Translations under genes and position numbers: made by a program
The notes under the pieces: model-generated
The model's input: only the letters and a program-made list of their open reading frames with translations
The model's database searches: none
Told to the model about the DNA's origin: nothing
From: an uncultured Elusimicrobia bacterium
GTDB taxonomy: Bacteria > Elusimicrobiota > Elusimicrobia > 2-01-FULL-59-12
Assembly: GCA_964441955.1 (NCBI GenBank)
Contig: CAYTWA010000002.1
Span: 137,170 to 169,169, forward strand
Length of the DNA: 32,000 nt
Direction of reading: 5' to 3'
Shown here: positions 23,589-32,000 of the stretch, in pieces
Layout of the letters: the number at the start of each line of letters is the position of its first letter
Numbering within the stretch: the first letter of the stretch is position 1

Positions 23589-25532
23589 ATGAACACACGC
23601 GCTCTTTTGGGGATATTTTGTCTCTGCACACCCTTTGCGGCGGCCGATCAGGACGTTTTCCTCTCCTTAACACGTGCCCCTTTGCCTATGGATACCCTCC
23701 CGACGTCCGTCGAGTCCGTTGGGCCAACGGAATTTGCGCGTTGGAATGCGCAAACCGCCGGTGAAGCGGTTTCACGCCTGACCAGCATCCAGGTTCAGCC
23801 GGTGGGTTCCCTGGGAGCTCTCCAGACGATTCGGCTGCGTGGTTCAAACACCAACCAAAACCTCGTCATGATCGATGGACGTCCGATTGGAAGTGTCGCC
23901 TTTGCCTCTTCTCAGGATTTAACGGAAATACCCATAGAGGCGATTGAGCGTATCGAAGTGATTCGAGGAGGTGCCTCATCGCTTTACGGGCCCAATGCGT
24001 TGGCCGGTGTCATCCATATCATCACCCGGCGCGGCACCAACGAAAAAACGAGTGGTTCCTTAGGCTACGACTACGGGTCTTATGGGCGCAATATTTTCCG
24101 CGGCTCGGTCGGGTCAAAAAAAGGGCCATTCGATTATTTCTTGTATGGAAATAAACAAAACGAGAGCGGTTTTCGGGATAATTCCGAAGCCGCAACCTTA
24201 AACGTCGGAACCCACCTGGGTCTTTCGCTGGGAAAAGCCGGGGGGGTAGAGCTCAGCGGTGCGCTGTATCAAGCCGACCAGGGAATTCCTGGGCAATTTT
24301 TCCCGGCTATTCCAACGAATCGCTTCGATACAAACCGCGAACGCGCGGCGGTTTCGTCCCAGGCCAACCAGACCACACAAACCCAGTCACTGCGAGCCTC
24401 TCATGAAATCGGCTTGCCAAGGGATTCGAAGCTGACCACTTCCGTTTGGGGGTCCGAGCGCAGAGTCATCTATAAAGACCGGCCCAGCTTCGTAAATACG
24501 GACCGCACAGAATGGTCGAAAGGAAGCGAGGTGAAGGTGAATGCGCCCTTGGGGTTGACGTTCGGCGGAAGTTTCCTTCAAGACAAGGAAGACAGCATCG
24601 ATCACATCACGCCGAGGAGCTCCTTTACGCGAAAGGCCGAAAACGTGGGGTTTTTTATTGAAGAAAAGTTTTATTGGAAGCCGTTGACGGTAATCCCCAG
24701 TGGTCGTTTTGACCGGCATAGCCAGTTTGGCTGGTCTAAGAACCCACGCGTGCAAACGATTGTGGATGCCACCGACAACCTACGTATCTCCTGCTCTGCC
24801 GCCAGGTCGTTTAGGGCTCCGACGATAGATGAACTCTATTATCCATTCACAAACTTTGGTTTTGGGTTTAGCTATCGAGGCAATCCGAGCCTGCAGCCCG
24901 AAACGGCGTGGAGCTATGACGGTGGGTTTGAACTTTACAACGATGCCGTAAGTTTTAAAGCCACCTATTTCCGTACCAACGTAAGCAACTTAATCCAAAG
25001 TACGCTGGATAATGCTTCAACAGTGATCAATATCGGCAATGCTCGCCGTCAAGGCGCAGAACTTCAGTTGGATAAAACGGACGGCTCAATCCTTCTGAAT
25101 GCATTGTTTGGAATCCTCCCTTCGATGGGGGAGTCAAAAAATAAAATTACGGACTTTATTCGAACCCACTCACGCGACACGGTGAATTACACGTATTTGG
25201 ATAATCGCGGTATCCCTCCGGGCTTTACGGATGATGTGGAGTTACGCTACAGCCCGCGGCATACGGTCAACTGGGTCGCGACGTTTTCTCCCTGTTCGCA
25301 TTTTGACTGGGACAACGCGGTTCGCTACGTGGACGCGCGCTTCTCAGGTAATAATGAAACGGGAACGAAGCTGGGTTCGATGGTGCTCTGGGATACGAAA
25401 TTGACCAAACGCTGGAAACAACTCGAAGCTTACCTCAGCGTTCGCGATGTGACCAATCGCCGCTACGAAGAGCAAGCGGGTTATCCGTTGCCTGGCCGTA
25501 CGTTCTTGGGTGGAGTTGCCTGGAAGTACTAA
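23589..25532 (+). CDS. TonB-dependent receptor, BtuB-like (copy 1)
   Basis: Plug domain LQTIRLRGSNTNQNLVMIDGRPIGSVAF...IEAIERIEVIRGGASSLYGPNALAGVIHIITRRG; C-terminal NRRYEEQAGYPLPGRTFLGGVAWKY; start inferred at the signal peptide. Confidence 0.9.
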   Translation: MNTRALLGIFCLCTPFAAADQDVFLSLTRAPLPMDTLPTSVESVGPTEFARWNAQTAGEAVSRLTSIQVQPVGSLGALQTIRLRGSNTNQNLVMIDGRPIGSVAFASSQDLTEIPIEAIERIEVIRGGASSLYGPNALAGVIHIITRRGTNEKTSGSLGYDYGSYGRNIFRGSVGSKKGPFDYFLYGNKQNESGFRDNSEAATLNVGTHLGLSLGKAGGVELSGALYQADQGIPGQFFPAIPTNRFDTNRERAAVSSQANQTTQTQSLRASHEIGLPRDSKLTTSVWGSERRVIYKDRPSFVNTDRTEWSKGSEVKVNAPLGLTFGGSFLQDKEDSIDHITPRSSFTRKAENVGFFIEEKFYWKPLTVIPSGRFDRHSQFGWSKNPRVQTIVDATDNLRISCSAARSFRAPTIDELYYPFTNFGFGFSYRGNPSLQPETAWSYDGGFELYNDAVSFKATYFRTNVSNLIQSTLDNASTVINIGNARRQGAELQLDKTDGSILLNALFGILPSMGESKNKITDFIRTHSRDTVNYTYLDNRGIPPGFTDDVELRYSPRHTVNWVATFSPCSHFDWDNAVRYVDARFSGNNETGTKLGSMVLWDTKLTKRWKQLEAYLSVRDVTNRRYEEQAGYPLPGRTFLGGVAWKY

Positions 25533-25555
25533 AAACACCTTGATACACTGGCACG

Positions 25556-27568
25556 GTGAATAAGCGCGCCTTAGCCTTTTCTTTCCTTATCCTGATGGGT
25601 AGTGATGCCTGGGCGGACCCGAGCGCTTCCGAACCGGTGGGCCCGCCTTTGTCGTATCCAGTCGCGCCTGTTTCTACCATCACCGCTTCTGTCGCGTTAA
25701 CCGGTGAAACGCTTTCCGCGCCGGCTCCCCGGGCCATGACGGATTCTTCAGACGAAAATGTAATTATCTCGCTCACCCGCTCTGCCCAAGATTCAAAATC
25801 GCTTCCAACGACCGCGGACGTAATTTCGGCGAATGAAATTCGGCGTTTGCGCGTGCGGACCGCGGGAGATGTGCTGGCGCTCTTGACACCGTTTCGTTTC
25901 CATACGCAAGGCCACCTGGCAAGTCCTCAAAAGGCGAGCCTTCGCGGGGCGCCTTCTGCCCAAACGCTCGTCCTCGTGGATGGGCGGCCTTGGGGCGGTG
26001 TGGCATTTAACGGAAGCCAAGACCTGGCCGAGATTAGCGTGCAGCAAATAGACCGTATCGAAATTGTCCGAAGCGATCAGTCTGTCCTTTATGGTCCAAA
26101 TGCCTCAGGCGGCGTGATCAACATCATCTCGGCACGCGCGTCGCATGAGGGCTTGCCGACCAGTCACGTTGGCGTGGAAGGCAATTCCTTAGGCGGGCCT
26201 ACGTATCGATTGGACGCAGGGTCCCGTTATGGGCCTGTTGATTTCTTTTTCTTTGGGAATCAGTCCCGTGAAAGCGGTTTTCGAATCAATCAGGATGCGA
26301 AAATCTACACCCTTGGAGGCAACGTAGGGCTGGCCATGGGGAAAGCGGGAAAACTTCTTTTTGACGCCTCTTCGTATCAAGCGCGGGCGGGTATTCCGGG
26401 CCGGCTAAACCCTGATTTACCGGTCAGCCATTATGACGGCAATAGTGAACGGATAGGGCCCACGCCAGGGGCAAGGCAAACCACGGGGAGTGACGCGCTC
26501 CGTGCGTCATATCTTTTAGCGTTTTCGAAGGATGCGATGCTCAGCGTTCGAGCCTTCGGCTCGCAACGACATGTCGATTATCGTAATTTGGATTTTCCTC
26601 GAATCTCCGAACGGCATGAGTTTAACCGCGGCTTGGAAGCGCAGCTAAATCTTCCGCGCGGTCTATTAGCTGGGGGGACGTTTCTGCGGGATCGTCTGGA
26701 TAACCAAGACCATACGACACCGCAAAAAAATGTGACGGCCCATGTGGAAAATTGGGGATGGTTCTTACAGGAAACGTGGTCCTGGTCGCGTTTTACGCTG
26801 ATCCCCGGCGTTCGGTTTAGCAACAACAGTCAATTTGGTCCTTCGACGGACCCCAACATCAAAGGTTGGGTTGAAGTGTCCGACAGGCTGCGTTTCTCCG
26901 GTTCCGCTGGGCGCGCGTTTCGAGCCCCTACCTTAGATGATGTGTTTACGCCGCTAACGTTTTTGGGAGATGGGTTCAGCATTCAGGGCAACGCGGCGCT
27001 CCGTCCCGAAAGAATATGGACTTACGACGCCGGGTTTGAGCTTCATCGTGATTCCGCCAGCGTCAAAGCGACCTATTTCCGTGCCATCGCGTCCGATTTG
27101 ATCCAAACCACGGGGAATGTGGCGGATGCTCCCGTGAATGTCGATCGCGTGCGTCGCCAGGGAGGCGAGATCGCCTTTAACTATTCGCGAAGCCCTCGGT
27201 TTTTAAACCGTGTCACCTATCAATACTTGGAGAACCATGGAACTCCGCCGGGGTTTTCACGTCCTGTGACTTTGCGTTTAAGCCCGCGACATCAAGCCTC
27301 CTATCACGCACAATTTCTTCTGGGTAAAAAATTTACGATGACTCATATTGTGCGCTACAGGAGTTCCTCATATGAAAATGATAATCGAACGGGATCCAAA
27401 ATGTCCTCCGTGGCCACTTGGGACGCGCGATTTCAATATCCGGTTCGTCAGATGGATTTTTATCTCGGGGTAGATAACATTCTGGGGAAACGCTTCCGTG
27501 AACGCGGCGGGTATCCGCTTCCGGGCCGGATGGTCTATGGCGGCGTGGACTTGCGTTTATGGGGATAG
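25556..27568 (+). CDS. TonB-dependent receptor, BtuB-like (copy 2)
   Basis: TLVLVDGRPWGGVAFNGSQDLAEISVQQIDRIEIVRSDQSVLYGPNASGGVINIISAR; C-terminal GKRFRERGGYPLPGRMVYGGVDLRLWG; GTG start. Confidence 0.9.
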   Translation: MNKRALAFSFLILMGSDAWADPSASEPVGPPLSYPVAPVSTITASVALTGETLSAPAPRAMTDSSDENVIISLTRSAQDSKSLPTTADVISANEIRRLRVRTAGDVLALLTPFRFHTQGHLASPQKASLRGAPSAQTLVLVDGRPWGGVAFNGSQDLAEISVQQIDRIEIVRSDQSVLYGPNASGGVINIISARASHEGLPTSHVGVEGNSLGGPTYRLDAGSRYGPVDFFFFGNQSRESGFRINQDAKIYTLGGNVGLAMGKAGKLLFDASSYQARAGIPGRLNPDLPVSHYDGNSERIGPTPGARQTTGSDALRASYLLAFSKDAMLSVRAFGSQRHVDYRNLDFPRISERHEFNRGLEAQLNLPRGLLAGGTFLRDRLDNQDHTTPQKNVTAHVENWGWFLQETWSWSRFTLIPGVRFSNNSQFGPSTDPNIKGWVEVSDRLRFSGSAGRAFRAPTLDDVFTPLTFLGDGFSIQGNAALRPERIWTYDAGFELHRDSASVKATYFRAIASDLIQTTGNVADAPVNVDRVRRQGGEIAFNYSRSPRFLNRVTYQYLENHGTPPGFSRPVTLRLSPRHQASYHAQFLLGKKFTMTHIVRYRSSSYENDNRTGSKMSSVATWDARFQYPVRQMDFYLGVDNILGKRFRERGGYPLPGRMVYGGVDLRLWG

Positions 27569-27609
27569 AAAACATGTCGCGAAAATTCGGAAATTGAGGG
27601 GAAATTTTC

Positions 27610-27637
27610 TTGACTCGTAGAACAGAAAATCTATAAT
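27610..27637 (+). promoter_or_regulatory. Candidate sigma70-type promoter for speD operon
   Basis: TTGACT (27610-27615), 16-nt spacer, TATAAT (27632-27637), 11 nt before the speD TTG start. Confidence 0.6.
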
Positions 27638-27647
27638 TTCGCTCATC

Positions 27648-28028
27648 TTGAGATCACTCGGCCGCCATCTACTCATCGAGCTGTACAGTTGCGACCCCAA
27701 AATTCTGAACGATGTTCATAAAGCAGAAGCGGTTATGGTGGATGCCGCGAAATACGCCAAAGCGCGAATTGTGGATGTGGTGTTTCACACGTTCAACCCT
27801 CATGGGATATCCGGTGTGGTGGTTATCGCCGAGTCGCATTTAGCGATCCACACCTGGCCCGAATTCAATTATGCTTCGGTCGATGTCTATACGTGTGGAA
27901 CCGAGATTAATCCGTGGAAAGCCTATCACTATATGGCCAAACGATTTAAGGCCAAGAACATGACCGCGATCGAACTTAAACGCGGGGTTCTCCCCATTCC
28001 TGCAAAACTTCTGAAACACAAACCCTAA
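27648..28028 (+). CDS. speD: S-adenosylmethionine decarboxylase proenzyme, prokaryotic type
   Basis: GRHLLIELYSCDP, autocleavage-site motif ESHLAIHTWPEFNYASVDVYTCG; TTG start. Confidence 0.93.
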   Translation: MRSLGRHLLIELYSCDPKILNDVHKAEAVMVDAAKYAKARIVDVVFHTFNPHGISGVVVIAESHLAIHTWPEFNYASVDVYTCGTEINPWKAYHYMAKRFKAKNMTAIELKRGVLPIPAKLLKHKP

Positions 28029-28029
28029 A

Positions 28030-28992
28030 TTGGACGTATTGGATCCTTCTGCCACGGGCTCTGCGCCCACGCCAGTAGAAACGGAAATTTCTTCCGATTG
28101 GTTCACGGAGCGCTTTTCACCTCACGAATCGCACACCCATCACTTTAAAGAAATTCTTATACGCAAGCGGACTCAATTTCAAAATGCGGTGCTGGCTGAT
28201 TCGCATTCTTTTGGCCGTTGTCTTATTTTGGATGGGGAAATGCAGTCCGCTCAATTGGATGAATTCGTTTATCATGAATGTTTGGTCCAGCCAGCGATGA
28301 CGCTTCATGGAAATGTAAAAGACATTCTCATTTTAGGCGGCGGTGAAGGGGCAACGGTTCGTGAATTGCTGCGCCATAAAAGTGTCAAACGCGTGACAAT
28401 GGTGGATATCGATGGTGAAGTGGTGGATTTTTGTAAAGAATATTTGGGCGAATGGCATCGAGGCACGCTCACCCATAAAAAAACACGGCTTATCATCGAT
28501 GACGCGCGAAAATTTGTTCTTGAACAAAACGAGCAGTTTGATCTAATCATTTCCGATTTACCCACGCCCATTGAAGGCGGCCCGGCCTACCAGCTTTATA
28601 CGCTTGAGTTTTATAAAAAAATGCTCACACGACTTCGCCCCGGAGGATTGTTTATTGCGCAGGCCGGTTCGGGGAGTTTAATTCAGATCCATTTTCATGC
28701 CGTTTTGGCCAATACATTAAGCAAGTTGTTCAAAGTTGTTCGTCCCTTTTACGCGTTTGTGCCGTCTTTTGATGTGCCTTGGGCATTTTTGTTATGCAGC
28801 CAAAAAGCGGACCCCGCCGCACTTTCTGCCAAAGAAGTAGACCGTCGTTTGGGAGCGGTCGGTAAAAATCTTCGCTTTTACGACGGCCAAGCCCATGTTG
28901 GGTTGTTTAACATCCCCAAATATCTGCGGACACACCTAGCTCGCGAGAAAGCAGTCATTTCGGAAAAGAAACCCGTATTTTTCTTTAAGTAG
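28030..28992 (+). CDS. speE: Polyamine aminopropyltransferase (spermidine synthase family, ACL5/thermospermine-synthase-like signature)
   Basis: DILILGGGEGATVRELLRHKSVKRVTMVDIDGEVV, ISDLPTPIEGGPAYQLYTLEFYKKMLTRLRPGGLFIAQAG; TTG start. Confidence 0.9.
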   Translation: MDVLDPSATGSAPTPVETEISSDWFTERFSPHESHTHHFKEILIRKRTQFQNAVLADSHSFGRCLILDGEMQSAQLDEFVYHECLVQPAMTLHGNVKDILILGGGEGATVRELLRHKSVKRVTMVDIDGEVVDFCKEYLGEWHRGTLTHKKTRLIIDDARKFVLEQNEQFDLIISDLPTPIEGGPAYQLYTLEFYKKMLTRLRPGGLFIAQAGSGSLIQIHFHAVLANTLSKLFKVVRPFYAFVPSFDVPWAFLLCSQKADPAALSAKEVDRRLGAVGKNLRFYDGQAHVGLFNIPKYLRTHLAREKAVISEKKPVFFFK

Positions 28993-29019
28993 CGCGGCTC
29001 TTCCTTATATAAGGCATTT

Positions 29020-30480
29020 ATGGAAAATCCCCAGGACCGTACCCCCTTAATGGATACCTTAATTCGTCACGCTAAACGTGAAGTGGTGTCGTTCCACACT
29101 CCCGGGCACAAAAACGGACAAGGAATCGACCCGAAATTGCGTGCTTATACGGGTCGAAATGTGTGGCGAATGGATGTGACGGTATTCCCAGAGGTCGATT
29201 CGCTCCATGACCCGGTGGGACCCATCAAAAAAGCCCAAGCGCTCATGGCGCAAGCTTATGGGGTTAAATACTCCCAGTTTTTAATCAACGGATCGTCTTG
29301 CGGAAACATGGCGATGCTCATGGCTTCCTGCCATCCCGGGGATTCCGTTATTTTGTCGCGCAATGCCCATAAATCGACGTTGTCGGGCGTCATCATGTCT
29401 GGGATTTGGCCCATTTGGATTCAGCCGAAGGTTGATCAGCATTTGGACATTATTTTTGATTCGGATGCCGCGCAAATTGAAGAAGCCCTTCGCCAATACC
29501 CCGAAGCCAAGGCGGTTTTTGTCACAAGTCCGACCTATCACGGCGTCGTGACGGATTTAAAAAAAATCGCTGACCTCTGCCATTCAAAGGGGAAAATGCT
29601 GCTGGTGGACGAGGCTCATGGGGCGCACCTGAAGTTTCATAAAGATTTGCCGATGTCGGCCGTGGAGGCCGGGGCGGATATGTGCGTGCAGTCGACGCAT
29701 AAAATTTTAAGCGCCATGTCTCAAGGCTCCGTGCTTCACATTAACTCGGATGCAGTGGATATCAACCGCGTAAGGAAAATTCTTTCGATTCTTCAAACGA
29801 CTAGCCCCAATTATGTGACCCTGGCCTCTCTCGATGCGGCACGCCGGCAAGCTTACTTTCATGGGGAAAAAATATTCTCGCGTGTCATGAAGTTAGCCGA
29901 AATGGCACGAGAGCGAATTAATAAACTCCAGCGAATCTACGCCATCACGCAGGGAGAAATTCGAGCGAAAGGCTACGACTTGGATGTGACCAAGCTGACG
30001 TTTAACGTAACGCGCACGGGTCTTTCCGGTCATGACGTGGAGGAGTTATTGGCCCATAAATATCAGATTCAGGTGGACTGTGCTGATTTGTTTAATTTGA
30101 TCGCTATCATGGGGGTGGGGACCACCAAAAAAGACGTTGAACGGCTGGTTGCCGCCATCGAAGACATTGACCGTATGGATGTGGGCAAAGAGAAAAATTG
30201 GGTGTTCCAGTTGCCTTCGTTGTCAACCGAGATGGTCATGACGCCTCGCGATGTTTTCCTGCAGCAAACCGCCAAACGCGTACCGCTGCGAAAATCCGTG
30301 GGCCATATCAGTGCTCAAACGCTGACCCCTTACCCTCCCGGTATTCCGGTGTTAATTCCAGGTGAACGGATCACGCAGGAAATCGTCGAATTTTTAGAGG
30401 ATCTCGCCGAGAAGGACGTTCGCATCAGCGGTCAAGAAACAGAAGAACTGCGTACCATAAAAATCGTTACTCCTCGATAA
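29020..30480 (+). CDS. PLP-dependent Orn/Lys/Arg decarboxylase family, arginine decarboxylase-like
   Basis: VSFHTPGHKNGQGI, LLVDEAHGAHLKFH, PLP lysine region QSTHKILSAMSQGSVLH, C-terminal YPPGIPVLIPGERI. Confidence 0.9.
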   Translation: MENPQDRTPLMDTLIRHAKREVVSFHTPGHKNGQGIDPKLRAYTGRNVWRMDVTVFPEVDSLHDPVGPIKKAQALMAQAYGVKYSQFLINGSSCGNMAMLMASCHPGDSVILSRNAHKSTLSGVIMSGIWPIWIQPKVDQHLDIIFDSDAAQIEEALRQYPEAKAVFVTSPTYHGVVTDLKKIADLCHSKGKMLLVDEAHGAHLKFHKDLPMSAVEAGADMCVQSTHKILSAMSQGSVLHINSDAVDINRVRKILSILQTTSPNYVTLASLDAARRQAYFHGEKIFSRVMKLAEMARERINKLQRIYAITQGEIRAKGYDLDVTKLTFNVTRTGLSGHDVEELLAHKYQIQVDCADLFNLIAIMGVGTTKKDVERLVAAIEDIDRMDVGKEKNWVFQLPSLSTEMVMTPRDVFLQQTAKRVPLRKSVGHISAQTLTPYPPGIPVLIPGERITQEIVEFLEDLAEKDVRISGQETEELRTIKIVTPR

Positions 30481-30506
30481 CGTTTTACTTCTTTCCTAAA
30501 TAAATG

Positions 30507-30535
30507 TTGACAGCTTAAAAATCTTTTTCTAGATT
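30507..30535 (+). promoter_or_regulatory. Candidate promoter upstream of the cyclase-family gene
   Basis: TTGACA (30507-30512), 17-nt spacer, TAGATT (30530-30535). Confidence 0.45.
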
Positions 30536-30632
30536 CACCGCGCTCTTAAACGAGCATGGCCTGCCAGGTCAGTGAAAGTAAACATCTCCCTAGCGACACA
30601 CACCTCTGAGAAGTCCCGAGAGGAGCCCAACT

Positions 30633-31481
30633 ATGGGTGCGAACTTGCGGGATCTCCGTCGTTGTCGAGTGGTCGATTTAAGTCTTCCGATTTCGCCCAA
30701 TACGGCGGAGCCAGGTCCGCCTCAAATTCAATATATTGATCATGCCCATGCAGCGCATGAGCTCGCGGCTGTGGCCACGCATCTCATCCAGCAGGCTTCG
30801 CCACAAGGCAGTCCCTCGCCCACCATCACGACAGATGCGTTTCATGATCATCTCGGGCTAGCCAACGAAAACCTCCAACTGGATTCTCATGCCGGAACGC
30901 ATATGGATGCTCCCTGGCATTTTGGCCCGCTCAGCGGTTCTCTAACCGCGAAAACGATCGATCAAATTCCCTTGTCTTGGTGCTGGGGTCCTGGGGTCGT
31001 TTTGGATTTAAGGCATAAGGCGCCAGGTTCGCTTATTTCTATTGATGATTTGAAATGCGCTTTAAATCGAATTCCTCACACTCTTGCCGCGGGAGAGATT
31101 GTTCTATTAATGACCGGGGCCGATAAGCACTTTGAAAAGCCCGATTATTTTTCTGCACACCCGGGCATGGGACGTGACGCTACGTTTTGGCTCTTAGATA
31201 AAGGGATACGCGTGATTGGTATCGATGCGTGGGGTTTTGACCGCCCGGCCGGGAACATGCTGAAAGACTATTTAGCTTCCGGGGATAACAGCGCCATTCT
31301 TCCCGCACACATGGCGGGTCGCGAACGAGAATATTGCCATATTGAAAAGCTTGGGAACCTCGATCAACTCCCTTGTGCAAACGGCTTCTGGGTATTTTGC
31401 TTTCCGATCAAAATTGAAAAAGGCAGTGCGGGCTGGGTTCGTGCAGTGGCTCTGGTGGAGGATTCCGATGCTGCAGCTTAA
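30633..31481 (+). CDS. Cyclase family protein (kynurenine formamidase-like metal-dependent hydrolase fold)
   Basis: VVDLSLPISPNTAEPGPP, QLDSHAGTHMDAPWHFGP, RVIGIDAWGFDRP. Confidence 0.85.
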   Translation: MGANLRDLRRCRVVDLSLPISPNTAEPGPPQIQYIDHAHAAHELAAVATHLIQQASPQGSPSPTITTDAFHDHLGLANENLQLDSHAGTHMDAPWHFGPLSGSLTAKTIDQIPLSWCWGPGVVLDLRHKAPGSLISIDDLKCALNRIPHTLAAGEIVLLMTGADKHFEKPDYFSAHPGMGRDATFWLLDKGIRVIGIDAWGFDRPAGNMLKDYLASGDNSAILPAHMAGREREYCHIEKLGNLDQLPCANGFWVFCFPIKIEKGSAGWVRAVALVEDSDAAA

Positions 31482-31917
31482 AGATTCCATTGAGGTGCAT
31501 TGCTCCGTTGATCACCTGTACGGCGTGATCAGCGACGTTGAACGTCATGCTTCCTTATTGCCTGGGTATATTGAAAGTCGAATTGTGGAACGGCGCTCCG
31601 AGGGTGCCGTGGTTCAGCGCGAAGCCATGATCCACGGTCGACGTCGACGCTGGTTGTCCCTTGTTCATTGGGAGCCGAACGTTGGGCTTCATTTTGAGCA
31701 ACTGGAAGGCCCGCTGCAAGGCATGCGGATTCAATGGTTGATTGCCCCAGCCACTCAAGGTGCGTCTCTTTGCATTCGTCATGATGTTCATGTGCGCCCA
31801 TGGTGGAAACGCTGGTGGATGGAGCGCTGGGTAGCCAAGCCTGCAATCGAAAAGACCGCACGCCTTGTACTTAAAGCCATCAAATCCGTAGCCGAAAAAA
31901 AAGAGGATCGCTTATGA
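31468..31917 (+). CDS. SRPBCC (START/Bet v1-like) polyketide-cyclase/COQ10-type protein
   Basis: LKDSIEVHCSVDHLYGVISDVERHASLLPGYIESRIVERRSEGAVVQREAMIHGRRRRW; internal ATG 31468 gives a canonical length and overlaps the upstream stop. Confidence 0.75.
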   Translation: MLQLKDSIEVHCSVDHLYGVISDVERHASLLPGYIESRIVERRSEGAVVQREAMIHGRRRRWLSLVHWEPNVGLHFEQLEGPLQGMRIQWLIAPATQGASLCIRHDVHVRPWWKRWWMERWVAKPAIEKTARLVLKAIKSVAEKKEDRL

Positions 31918-32000
31918 CGCCCTATGTGTTTATCGGAGGGTATGGGATTTTAAGTCTCTTGTTTCGCTTGAGTCGCTTAATTGTGGTGGTTCGACAGGCG
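31914..32000 (+). CDS. Start of a further gene, truncated at the right edge
   Basis: ATG overlapping the preceding TGA (ATGA); reads MTPYVFIGGYGILSLLFRLSRLIVVVRQA... Confidence 0.5.
   Translation, partial: MTPYVFIGGYGILSLLFRLSRLIVVVRQA

Noticed and set aside
23119-23592. Overlapping ORFs antisense or out of frame with the DUF6580-like gene
   Set aside because: Arginine- and cysteine-rich shadow translations with no domain pattern; the 23051-23575 frame has clear TM structure.

Overview
GC-moderate bacterial chromosomal window. The giant multidomain protein with a Tiki/TraB-like start and 'GAADGPA' linkers suggests a Candidatus Omnitrophota-like lineage, but that is inference. Recognisable blocks are: (1) the end of a lineage-specific protein with a possible MoaD/ThiS-like beta-grasp segment; (2) an orphan MNT-type nucleotidyltransferase beside a cluster of AACTGGATCA/TGATCCAGTT motifs; (3) a housekeeping run: polX, nth, MidA-like methyltransferase, bcp, HAD phosphatase; (4) a PorV/PorQ-like outer-membrane protein, a TPR-LysM protein, a FliF(RBM3)-TM-FliG fusion, MotA, two different MotB-like proteins and an orphan histidine kinase, with no rod/hook/filament genes visible; (5) a CPXCG protein, a 194-bp tandem duplication, a Cys-rich mini-protein and a period-18 inverted motif array; (6) a 2212-aa secreted/membrane giant ORF with a complete phosphohexomutase domain, repeated helical modules, possible beta-grasp repeats and a hydrophobic C-terminus; (7) a cobalamin riboswitch carrying a palindromic insert, followed by a DUF6580-like membrane protein and two tandem BtuB-like receptors; (8) speD-speE-Orn/Lys/Arg decarboxylase; (9) a cyclase-family enzyme, an SRPBCC protein and a truncated next gene. 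The strongest candidate for an undescribed system is the miniature FliF-FliG/MotA/MotB1/MotB2 cluster. The next best are the giant mutase-containing protein and the families of short-unit inverted arrays, one of which occurs both inside the giant ORF and inside the riboswitch. No database search or folding program was run.
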